A DNA stretch of 64,000 bases from Paraphysomonas bandaiensis (lineage: Eukaryota > Protista > Chrysophyceae): the NCBI GenBank assembly GCA_965644295.1, contig CBFFRP010000065.1, forward strand, positions 124,001 through 188,000, in the 5' to 3' direction. Positions 1-10,960 of the stretch are shown here, one piece after another. The translations under genes and the position numbers were made by a program. The notes beneath the pieces were generated by a model, which did no database searches, was not told where the DNA came from, and saw nothing but the letters and a program-made list of their open reading frames with translations. The stretch's first letter is position 1. The number at the start of each line of letters is the position of its first letter.

Positions 1-2
1 GT

Positions 3-500
3 GACACATCTAGTATACAGCGGAAGCTACTGTACTGGAATCGATTTCTGTGGCGAGTCGGCGCCTGTTCGTGTATATTTCTTGCCGTAACGGGATCAAT
101 ACCATTGACACTGAATTCCTTTCTACATGGGACAGTAGCTTTCTTCATGTTTCTTTCGCAGATACTACATTTAGTTCTATTTCATTACAAGTTAGCAAAG
201 CCACTAGTTACAGATCATCGTGTGTTGCTGCTTCAAAGAGTCGCTATATTCTTGAGCCTTCCGTTTGTGATATCCGTGTATATAATAGCTGGGGTGGTAC
301 TAATGATGTGCTCAGAGTACAGATGTCGTAGTTTTGTTGTCAATGTTCATGTTGCGTTGGAGTATGTGGTGACCATCGCGCTCGCAGCATACGTACATTC
401 GTGGAGAAATGACTTGAGTAGGATGTCATGGGCAGCAATGTTGGACGCATCTATCAGCAATGGTCCTATATTGCTCACCCATGGCTCAGATCACGCCTAG
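3..500 (+). CDS. Frag1/DRAM/Sfk1 (TMEM150-like) multi-pass membrane protein, 5' part outside window
   Basis: Frame is open from base 3 (DTSSIQRKLLYWNRFLWRVGACSCIFLAVTGSIPLTLNSFLHGTVAFFMF...ALEYVVTIALAAYVHSWRNDL) to TAG at 498-500. Four hydrophobic helices with the N..G, H..A..F and EY..D pattern of the DRAM family. Confidence 0.6.
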   Translation, partial: DTSSIQRKLLYWNRFLWRVGACSCIFLAVTGSIPLTLNSFLHGTVAFFMFLSQILHLVLFHYKLAKPLVTDHRVLLLQRVAIFLSLPFVISVYIIAGVVLMMCSEYRCRSFVVNVHVALEYVVTIALAAYVHSWRNDLSRMSWAAMLDASISNGPILLTHGSDHA

Positions 501-941
501 TTTTTCTGTGTGGTATTGATAGCAATATTTCGGACATTGAATTCTAGGTTTGGTGATTTTCTAAATAATTGTAGTTGTATAATTAAGTCTGTGAGAAAAA
601 GTATATAAGTATAGGCATTAGCGTTAAATTAATGTCAATTTATTATTTATTTCAATATGTATTAGCGATACTTGCTGTGTTATTATTATTATTATTATTA
701 ATACTGCTTCTGTTAGAGCTCTATGGTGATTACACATTACACACACTTCTCTTTGATTGCAAACTTATGTGTGTTATCAACTATATGATACCAAAAATAC
801 CATTGTCGGCGAGAATTAGTTCCAGCAAATCTTCGTGCCTACCTAATCTAAGCTATGCTTTGTGCTCCGACTACATGATATTTTTGGGAATAGTGACAAA
901 TTTACTCGATGCATTAAATTAATTTCATTATTAATCGACGA

Positions 942-1426
942 TCACGTAGAATTGTTCTGCTTTTCCGCTGCTTCAGCTTTTGGATTCACCCACGTTCCGT
1001 TCTCCTCAAACCACTTATTAGCATCGCTGATAATATCGTCCACATCTGTTGGTTTTCCTTTGAATTTACTGTAGTTTGGTACGTCCACGAGTTTCCACTC
1101 ATGTTTTCGCGCAGAGTGAATTCTGCGATCACGGGGCTGGGGGCGCCCTCTCCACACTAGGCGTCCCCATACCTTTCCATGATCTTGATCCTTGGATAAT
1201 TCCACCCTAGTAGAATATGAGACACACATACACATTGTGAGAAAGGAGTACCCACCTTCGCAAAATCCAATACGTTTCAGGAAAGTGGTAAATGTCCCGC
1301 GTCACTTTGCATCCCATACCAAAATACCTCATTCCATTGACTACCTGAAACCATAATAGTAAACGCTACCGTTATAAGTGAGAGCTCTCGTTATGGTACC
1401 TTAAACAAACTTTTAACCTCCGACAT
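942..1426 (-). CDS. MRPS34: Mitochondrial ribosomal protein mS34 (3 exons)
   Basis: Manual splicing (GT-AG) gives MSEVKSLFK|VVNGMRYFGMGCKVTRDIYHFPETYWILR|RVELSKDQDHGKVWGRLVWRG...HEWKLV, matching the mS34 motifs LF..FG.G.KVTR...YW..V...HGK.WG...RG...W. Confidence 0.8.
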
Positions 1427-1864
1427 CTGAAGAAATGTTTCAAGATATAAGTCACGAGGAATAATGCACTAAATTTGAGATGATATATCAATCCTGTATG
1501 TTAACAGGACGGTCCAGCAAATATTACGCTGGTAAGTTTATTTACAAGGAGTTATGAATTGCTGCTGGCTGCTGGCTGCTGGCTGTGTGATGCTATCACG
1601 TCAATAGGGAGTCAGATGAACACATACTGCTGTAATGTACACTCTACTATACACTACTGTATCCGTCCACCGGTGAGTGTGTGTGGTGTGCTGTATACGG
1701 ATGGTAGATGGTAGGTATACATGGGTGTATGTTGAGATGACTGGCATATGGGGAGTGCTATATTCTGTGTATACAGTGCTGTATACAGTGCTGTATATCT
1801 CCATATCATGATCATATATGCTACTTGCATATCGCGTTAGTCGCATGAAGCAGTAGCAAGAACG

Positions 1865-2865
1865 ATGCGGTATAGCAGTGTCATAGCTCTCCTGATATCA
1901 GGAATTCTGTCGGTGAGTGTCTCATGTGCTGGGGTTTGCAGCAAGGGGTCCATTGCAGTGTTTGGTGGAACAGGAAAGTTAGGCAGCGAATGTGTGTTTC
2001 AAGCGCTCAAAGAGGGCAATAAAGTGTCAGTTTTGGCCAAAGATCGGAATCGGATGACTATTCCACCTGGATCTGGAGGATCTCTGGCTGGAAATAAGTT
2101 GGAGGATTCTTTATTAACTGTGTATGAAGGATCCGTAACCGACGAGAATGCTGTTAATAATGTGTTCGAAGGAAACGATATTTCCGGCGTGATCATAGGT
2201 ATGCTGTGCAAATCATGTTGATATCATTTAATTGGTTGGTACAGCTCTTGGTGGACGCAGCAAAAATGTTGGTACATCAATGCTAACAGATGGCACTAAG
2301 AACATCATTAATTCAATGAATAGATTTGGTGTACGTCGTGTGGCAGTTGTTACATCTATAGGTTGTGGTGATAGTGAACGTAAGGCCCCTCTTTTTTTTC
2401 GGGCACTTATGTATACTGTTATGCGGAAGACTATGAAAGACAAGAATAACCAGGAAGGCCTTTTTCTGCGACCAGACGGCCCTGGTCATGAGCTAGAGTG
2501 AGAAAATGCACGTTTACTCTGCGTATTCACACCATTCATTCTATACAGGTATGTTATAGCAAGGCCAGGAGGGTTGGGAGTTGGCCCTCCTACTGGTGTA
2601 GTGAATGCGAACTTGGAAGCTAATGGGGCGGGTGGTGAAGGGGGTTCTATTCACAGAGCAGACCTTGCAAAGTTTCTTCTACGGGCTGTGGACAATACTG
2701 TTACAGATTTTCCTTACCTCCGTAAAACACCAGGTATAGTACGCTTTATTACCATATTTAGGCATACATTGATGTAGATCTCATTGTGCAGGGATTTCAT
2801 CCTTTAAAGGTACTGGCTGGAAGAAAGAAAAGTCTGCTGATTTTGATGCACCTACTGAAGTCTAG
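1865..2865 (+). CDS. NAD(P)-binding Rossmann protein, flavin reductase/BLVRB-like atypical SDR, with N-terminal signal peptide (4 exons)
   Basis: IAVFGGTGKLG dinucleotide motif, then GTKNIINSM..GVRRVAVVTSIG, DKNNQE, RPGGL and SIHRADLAKF. Hydrophobic N-terminus MRYSSVIALLISGILSVSVSCA. Last exon ends ...DAPTEV TAG at 2863-2865. Confidence 0.8.
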
Positions 2866-3731
2866 TGTCTAATGGTTGCAAATCTTGTTGAACAGCGATT
2901 TGTATTGTGCGTTATGCTGGACTTTATGTAATTTCTTTGACATTGCATTCTCCTGTTTTATCCAAGTCGTGATAGTGCAATATAGTTGCAGTTTTGTAGA
3001 TCTGAACGTGCACTCTGCCTTAGTAAAATTGTAAAATATATGATTATCAAAGTACCGCGCTCTCGGTAATATATTACTAAGCTGATGATGTCGCTTATTT
3101 TTTGGTGCACGTTGTTATACATCATCACATATGATGTTACTACGAATGATTCGTTCTATTGAACAGTGAACAGCACAATAGTTTCTGTAGTAGTGAATGT
3201 CAGATTATTTGTAATAGGCAATAGGCATGTAAGAGTCAGAACTAATGATTGTTCTGGTATATCTGCGTACATTTCTTCCATGTCTGTTAACCAGAAAGAG
3301 CCTGAGCACTTACAAGTGTAGCCATAGCTGTATAGTATAACTCTCGTTGTTGTAATCCCTAGACCCTAGATAGTAGGTAGAGCTTTAAGAGGTACTACAT
3401 TTTACATTTCACTTGTTGTCTATTTCTTCGATTAGGTACATCAGCTGACTTAGTTTGATATTGGATACAATGTCACTGGAAACTTACGTAGTCAACGGTT
3501 CATGCAAGTTTAAGTAGTGTACGAACTAATTTCACAAAATAAGAATAGTTTCTCAAGTGCACCGGCATTTTTATATTATTTTACACAGCTACAACATGCA
3601 CTGGAGCAGAAACATTTCTACTCGGTAACTCAAACTCATAGTTACACCCAGGGCACATTACTATTCGGTAGAAAATCATATGGTATGCGGTATAGCCTGT
3701 GCATAATAGGGTATGTAGACTTCTCCATACT

Positions 3732-4532
3732 TTAATAGTATGAGCTGTAATAGCCTCTCCCACCGGACCGTCCTCCTCTGATGTATCCTCCGCGTCCCCG
3801 ACCTCGCCCTCTAGGTGGTCCTCGACCTCGCCCACGGCCTCGTCCCCCACGACCACGACCTCCTCTGATAGGCACATTGTGTCTCTTAGGAAGAACCTGT
3901 AAATCAATAGATAATAAGCACGGTTGTTGTATATGTGGATGTCCTGCACCTTGATCTGTCGGCCTAGGAATGTGGAGTCATCTAACCGCAATGCATTCTC
4001 AACAGAAGCTTTGTCGTAGAATTCGACGTAAGCAAAACTGATATAACGCAAGGAATACTTACAACACTTTGGAAATTCTGCATCGGACTTACCCTTTTGC
4101 ATGGCCAGTAAATTTGTCGCAAAGTATGGTAACTCTTTTAATTGTTCCACACGGCGCAAAATGCCCACGTAACTCATCCGTTGTAGCTTCGTAGTCAACT
4201 TGGCCGACATAGCTGCAATAACAGAATGAAATAAATAATAAGCTGTCAATAGAGAAGTATTACACTGAGTTTTCATCAATGCCATCCGCAGCGGTGTTGA
4301 TTTGTTTTTCTACTTGCTGCTGCAGTTTAGTTAACTTCTCCTGCTCCTCTTCCATTTCTTGCACACGTCTTTTCATTTCTTCGAATTCAGGATCAACCTC
4401 TTCGTTCATTTGCTCCTCATCTCCTACTTCTTCTTCTTCTTCTCCGTACAGTTCGTCATCATTCAACTGCTCCTGATCACCTTCAGTGCCTTGATTCCGT
4501 TCTTCTTCTACCTCTTTTCCACTATCAGCCAT
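3732..4532 (-). CDS. PABPN1: Nuclear poly(A)-binding protein (PABPN1/PABP2)
   Basis: Acidic N-terminus, coiled coil [20 protein letters not shown] (SVYVGQVDY...[16 protein letters not shown]...[13 protein letters not shown]) and RGG tail ending YSSYY*. Three GT-AG introns. Confidence 0.92.
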
Positions 4533-4941
4533 TATTTGTAACACTTGTCAATAACACTTTCACCACTAAACTAACTGTAGAGTATTATGCAAGTAAGTTA
4601 CTATGACAGATGACAGGCCTATAGAGCAGCGACACATAGTCGTATATCGCCATACTCTGCATGCTGAAGGAGTCTGTTTGTTCCAATATACCACTACACC
4701 CCCGTATAATCGAACTCTAGAATACCAGAATACTGAAAATACAATCCATGTCATAACACTCTCACTGAAAGTGTCTGTTCAAGATATTAATTTGATGAAG
4801 CCTTCATCATCTATTGGCAAAAACAACAGTTCGACATCGCTTGCAACATGTTGGGAGTGTGTGTAGTGGTTTAATAGTAAACAAGTGCAGGGCATTGCGA
4901 ATTATATTAGTTCCTGTGCTATATTTCGAATTGCTGGCAGC

Positions 4942-5945
4942 ATGATTGGTACCATGAGGCTAGCTTCATCTGGACGGGCGGCATTCAGAGCCGCTCCTTC
5001 TCGTGGAATGGCAACTGAGAAGCAATGTGAGCTCTGCAATATGACCTTCATATAATCATATATTGATTTGTTGTTGCAGTAAAAACGAGAATGTTGGGTA
5101 CTCAGAATATTGCGAAAATTACGAAGTCAATGAAGATGGTTTCCGCTGCTAAGCTTCGTGGTGATCAGACAAGGTTGAACGCCGGCAGACCATTTGCGGT
5201 GAGGAGTGATATGGATCTTGTGTCTTTGTCTTAACATGTTTTGTAGAAATGGGCTAGCCGTATTACTGGAGAGGACAAGGAGCTGGAAGATTTGGACGTC
5301 AGCGACTTTCCTCAGAACAACCTCATCATTGCGATGTATACTGACAAAGGTCTTTGCGGTGGCGTGAATACTATTATGTCTCGTATGATCAAGCAGGCCT
5401 GTGCCAAGCTCACTGCTGCTGGAAAGTCATACGAATTGGTTGTTCTTGGTGAGAAGGGCAAATCTCAGCTCCGCCGTCAGTTTGGCGACAAGATTGCTGT
5501 TGCAGTTACCGAAAGAGTGATGCCATACAACTTCGAGCTCGCCACAGCTCTCGCTCAGGATACTCTAGACAAGGACTACGAGGGCGTGCACATAGTATAC
5601 AATAAATTCAAGTCAGCTATTGCGTACGTACCTTCCGTCAAGTGCATCACTCCTTTGCTGGACAACAACCACGAGTCGCTCAATGGCTACTCTATGGTCC
5701 CCAAGAAGCATCCCGAGACTCTGCTCAACCTGTACGAGTACACTCTGGCCACTCACATTTACCACTCCCTGCTTGAGAATGCCACTTCTGAGCAGTCCTC
5801 ACGTATGCAGGCCATGGAGAATGCCTCGAAGAATGCTACCGAGATGATCGAGAAGTTGAACCTGCAGTACAACAGAGCCCGCCAGGCCCGCATCACCACC
5901 GAGCTCATCGAAATTATATCTGGTGCCTCTGCTTTGGAGGGATAA
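4942..5945 (+). CDS. ATP3: Mitochondrial F1-ATP synthase gamma subunit
   Basis: Presequence MIGTMRLASSGRAAFRAAPSRGMATEKQ, then NIAKITKSMKMVSAAKLR, TDKGLCGGVN, SEQSSRMQAMENASKNA and YNRARQARITTELIEIISGA. Two introns. Confidence 0.97.
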
Positions 5946-8132
5946 GTGTGTGAGTGGTCATGTAGTTATGGTGCATTGTACTGGTTTGGAGTATACTGAT
6001 TTTCTCGTGATTTTTTGCTCTGTGCAAACGGATGCATATGGTTGCGAGTATGAATACTAGCATTGTACCTAAGTAATAATTAAGCATTCAGTACCCAGTG
6101 TGTATCATGTTCAGTTTGAGTAAATCTGTATCGTTTCATACACATGTCTTACTACAGGCTAATGTAAGTGACTGCTGTGACACTAAGGAGGCATATCATT
6201 TCATGTTTGTCCAAATATACTTTTGTATGCGTATTCCTACTGAGCAAGTACTACGTACTACCAATGGTTTGTAGTTTATAGCACATCAGGAATCTTAAAA
6301 CTTCGTATATAATACATAATACTATATAACCAAGATATAATTTGTAACAGCTGTTGTGTAGTATGCCCATTGCATATCTATCTATCCCAATGAGCTCAAT
6401 CCTACATAGTTATGGACGTATGGATATGGATGGAAGGATTGTGTCCGCTGTCCGTAAATACTTTGTTACTTAATATCTGCTTGCACTATTCCACAAACTA
6501 CAACTTGTCAAGTTATGACACAATTGAATGATTTACTAAGTTAACTGGACGTTTATTTACTCATTAATCAAGTTAAGATGAGGGAAGATTATAATAAATA
6601 TAATAACCCTAATATATCATGTTATCTCTACTACCACTCATTTCTAGTACGATCTTACATCGTCACTATCTTCTCATATGGTCTATTCAGTTCTCATTAC
6701 TTCTCATAATACAGTTAACCACAACTGTATGCTCCAGTAACCGTCATAATTACAATATCTTAGAATTACAGCTTTCAATTGCTCCAACAGCAGAACTCAA
6801 CACAACTTATTATTACTATTACCACATCAATTTCACTTTACAACGTATATATCTACTACGTATACAACACGTGGTGCAAGGTATATTTCAAAAGACTCTG
6901 ACCGCTTTATAAGAAAAGTAATATTGTTCAACAGAAGATTGTCGATGTCAGTAAGAATTCGTTTACCATAAACATAAGCAACTCGCTCACTTATTCAGAT
7001 AATTCTAGTCAAATAGAAAGAACAAGTACTGGCTTTATTGTCGACAAATATTATTAAAACGCGTAGTATTAGTATTAGTGGACATGTTTTACATCACGAA
7101 CACATACCAGATTACATAATGAAACTAATTAGGCTCATGGTTGACTTTATAGACTGCTATAAATGTAGAATTAATTTGCAAGAATCCCAGTCATATATGC
7201 AATGTAGTCGGAGAATGATAAGATATCTAATATAAGCCAACGCACATAGGATATTGATCTGATTATTACGAAAACGAGCAAAACAATAATGATCGAATTA
7301 GTTCACATATGTATTATTGTCGTGAAATCGCCGTGAGGCAATTGTACTTTATATTCAAGAGGGGATTTTTTATCCCTAACACCAACAATCATGAACGAAA
7401 TAGAAATTATTTAAACAATGGATGTGACGCGCACTCTATGCACAATATGGAAGAATACATGTACAAAATGATGTATAATGGTGTTGTACGTTAGACTACA
7501 ATTCTACAATTGTTCATATCCATAAGGTACGACCTATATGCACTCTTTCACCAGTTATCCTGATCATTATGTGCATTGAGCAGAGGCGACAATCATGAGT
7601 GAGGAGATCTTTCGGTTGTTGCTGTGAGATGGCTGTGCGAGTTTTGTTAGATTCAGTTCCCGCGGAATCCAGAATAACCTCGATTTTTAGGTATATCTTC
7701 GGTGTTTTTGGTAACTTACTGTACGTGAAAACACTTGTCAGCTATTCATGTATTGGTGTCCTATCTCAATTTTAGGTCCAAAAAAACGACATTGTATTGA
7801 AGTTTCTATCTTCTATATCGCTCTACACTGCATCTATCTACCATACAGCAGTACAACAGTATATACTGTACTGCGAATATAGTATAGAAACTCGTCGAAG
7901 TTGTGGAGATGAAGGACGATGATAGGCTCTACATATACACTTCCAATCATGCCTATGATTCGATGAGAGTGCTATAGAGGTTCATATAGAGCACACACAT
8001 ACATACATATATATATAGGGTCGTATTGGTGGTACATACACACACTGTGATATAAACGTCGATTGATCTGCATATAAACCATGCCCTCAGCTCATATATA
8101 AGTGACATATAAGTGATACTGTTGTGCTATCT

Positions 8133-9093
8133 ATGGATATACCTGTATCTGAATCTACAGCTAATAACGAACGGTCTCATCAGTCTGATAGAAGCCGAGA
8201 GGGTTCATGTCCTTCTACAGCCTCTCGACCCGCCGGACCTGATAACCCTGATGCAGATGATTCACGATTCGTTTGTAATATTTGTTTGGATCCTGTGAGG
8301 GACTCTATAGTCACTGTATGCGGTCACTTATACTGGTGCGTATATATGTATATGATGTAAGCCATACCCTCATATCAACTCACATCTATATGATGTATGC
8401 AGCTGGCCGTGTCTATATAGGGTACGTCCAGTAATATATATCTGCCATTCGTTTGTTTGATTGCATGTTAGTGGCTCAATATTGGTCATACTACTTGCCC
8501 AGTGTGCAAGGCTGGCGTTAGCCGTGAAAACGTGATTCCGCTCTACATTCGTGGCTCTGAGGAAGACCCCAGGTACATTGTTGCCGTATTTTTTTATCTT
8601 TTGATGACGATATGCGTAGGCTGAAGAGTACCCCTGAGGTCCCGAATCGGCCTCATGCTCAGCGACCTGCTCCCGGTCCGTCTGTTCCACCACAGGTGCA
8701 TTCCCTTCCCATTACAAAGTACACTTGTTCACTCATTGCATTAGGGTGGACCTATTCCACCTGGGGCCATGGCTGGACAATTTGGTGGCATACAGTTTTT
8801 TGCCGGATTCGGCTTCTTCCCATCCTTATTCGGTCTACAGTTTGTAAGTATGGAGATCCTGTATTTCTAGCCATCTCACTCGTGCATAGCAAAATTTCGC
8901 TCCACCACCACCGCACGCACAGAGGCAGCATCAACAGGCGGGGCGAGGTAGGCCCTGAAATTTCAATGACTGTACTAATGTTTTCTTGTTCTATGTTTCA
9001 GCTCTTACCCAGGAGGAAATTCAACAAAACTTTATATCAAGGTTTTTAGTGATGCTGGGAACTTTTGTGATAATATGCCTTATTTTATTCTGA
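8133..9093 (+). CDS. RING-HC E3 ubiquitin ligase, RNF5/RNF185/RMA1 family, tail-anchored (includes a 19-nt exon)
   Basis: Spliced [22 protein letters not shown]|CWPCLYR|WL...[19 protein letters not shown]...[22 protein letters not shown] and C-terminal [22 protein letters not shown]. Confidence 0.9.
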
Positions 9094-9495
9094 CCTGTAA
9101 GCCATTGTCATTCCACTTGTATTTAATAGTCTATTGCACGTCATATATTGAAGTACTATCAAATTAAAGATGAAATTTTTTCATGGTTTCATACTAATAA
9201 GAATTTGGTTTTATTATTAGCTCATACTTGCTGACATATACGAGGTCTAGGGAATGCTATCTTAGAAAGGAACTCGGAATAGTATCCTTTTTGTGAATAT
9301 CAGGGCCGTAAAACAAACAAAAGGGAATATGCTTAATCAATATTTAGCGGTTGCTGCAATTAATTGGCAGTTATTGCACTTATTTGATAGCAGCACGTAC
9401 TTTTCTACTTCAGACACCATTGGCAGCTGCACACCAGCTAAACGGTCGCTTAGTTCCATAGTTTGGATTCATGCGCAAAAGCATATGTATTTCTT

Positions 9496-9583
9496 CCCTC
9501 AACAAAGTCGGACTCGCACCTTTTCGTGGTGTTCTGGGGGATAAGTACCGGAGAGATTCTCTCTGGGAAACTAACGTGAGCCG
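9496..9583 (+). ncRNA. Putative HDV-like (Pr77-type) ribozyme fold at the retroposon 5' end, probably partly decayed
   Basis: Hand-folded: P1 CCCTCAAC 9496-9503/GTTCTGGG 9531-9538 (6 of 8 pairs); P2 CGG.CTCGC 9509-9517/GTGAG-CCG 9576-9583; P3 ACC 9518-9520/GGT 9528-9530; L3 TTTTCGT; GG 9539-9540; P4 9548-9555/9559-9566 (8 bp); J4/2 CTAAC with candidate catalytic C9571. Confidence 0.6.
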
Positions 9584-9995
9584 CAAACATAGTCAGCAGA
9601 TATTCTTCTGCCCACTCATAGCCGAATGCTTGTGTGGTACAAGGGACAAGGGACACCAATAAGTGTCACTTGTGTAGACGTCTGTGGGCCCTGACGAATA
9701 AACAGGCATCCGGGAATGGGCCCACCTCAAGGGCATCCGGGACAGGGCCCACCTGAAGGGTAACCGGGGTATTGGGCTGCCTGCTGAAGTCAAGCATTCG
9801 GGATGTTCACCTTAAGTACTCAGAGCGAAAGTAGTCGCACCTTGGTACTTGCGGCGACGCAAAAGCAGCTTCCGTAGCGTTAAATAGTAGGATAAAAAAG
9901 TGTGTACTGATTAGTTACAGGTAGAGGTCTAGCATTCATCTAGCTACTAAGTTGGTGCAGGTTTTTAACGCCTATTGCTAATAATAAGATTTGCA
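9496..9995 (+). mobile_element. Short (~500 bp) non-autonomous non-LTR retroposon, copy A
   Basis: Flanked by a perfect 13-bp direct repeat ATATGTATTTCTT (9483-9495 and 9996-10008). Homologous along its length to 37305-37671 (reverse strand) with the same 5' boundary. Its 3' part resembles 10600-10740 and the LINE 3' UTR 12840-12994. Confidence 0.85.
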
Positions 9996-10379
9996 ATATG
10001 TATTTCTTGGTGCCTAGGTGTAATAATTCGTGCAAGTCATTCAGCCTTTCAATCATAGCGGTAAATAAATGCCCATGATTTAAGCGGCGATACAGTATTG
10101 TATTATCTAAGTGAGACATACATCGATGTTTATATCCAGCTGCTATGCCAGGTTGCGCTTGTCGCCGTTATCGTTGATTATAAATCGCCGGAGTTATATT
10201 TTTCGGTACTACGGGTATATTGCTGTTTATTTCCACCTTAAATATTCATAACTCCTTTCTCAAATGCTACACTTTATGAACAAGTGCTACAACATCAGCT
10301 AACTAGCGTGCAATAACTGGGAAGCGATTTATTGAACGATACTTGCACTTTTTGCCTTATAGAAGAAGGTGTTATGACT

Positions 10380-10755
10380 CCTCCAGCTCTTCTTACGTCC
10401 AACTTATACACTGCAGTCAACGGCGCCCCGAAAGTCTACAGATTCTACGTCTCTACCTTACGCCATCCAACTTACCCTGGAAACATTATCCTCCCATCTA
10501 CATAACTCTGACCCTCCCTTAAGCTTCGCGTACCCCTGATTAACCGCACCTTGACACCGAAGGACTATACGTCAGTGGGCATCTCCCAGACACATACTCG
10601 AAGAGAAAAAGTGGTTGCACCTTGGTGCTTGCGGTGACGTTAAATAGTAGGATATCATATTTAATCTCCAGCTAGTTAAAATTGTCATGCTAAATTAATC
10701 CTAACACTTAAACGGCTATTGCAAATAAGAGGACCTTCACTACTACTACTTACTA
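10380..10755 (+). mobile_element. 5'-truncated 3' end of a related non-LTR element
   Basis: C-rich LINE-like sequence followed by GTGGTTGCACCTTGGTGCTTGCGGTGACGT-TAAATAGTAGGATA...CGGCTATTGCAAATAA...GACCTTCAC and a short TAC-repeat tail, matching the 3' end of copy A. Boundaries are approximate and no clear TSD was found. Confidence 0.6.
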
Positions 10756-10960
10756 AAACTTTTAAACTCTTGCACACAGACACTTCAGAGATAAGCCCAT
10801 TTAATATTGGGTTGCAACAAATGTCACCTTTACATAAATAAATCCAGACTTAGTATAATACAGCTAGTTAACTTGAACTCACACTGGATCCTTCGTGGGA
10901 TATTAATATAAGACGCCCCCCAAAACGCTGAATAATAAAGTATAACATAATGTATATTAT

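Noticed and set aside
6365-6420. HCISIYPNELNPT*LW resembling the IS630/Tc1 transposase motif (P..ELNPIE..W)
   Set aside because: Only ~15 decayed codons, with no TIRs or flanking homology; cannot be separated from chance by eye.
7525-7720. GC-richer intergenic patch starting ACGACCTA, considered as U3 or another snoRNA
   Set aside because: No convincing A/B/C/D boxes or terminal stem.
9690-9730. CTGACGA as a hammerhead ribozyme core (Penelope-like)
   Set aside because: No correctly placed stem II + GAAA follows, and copy B reads TTGACGA.
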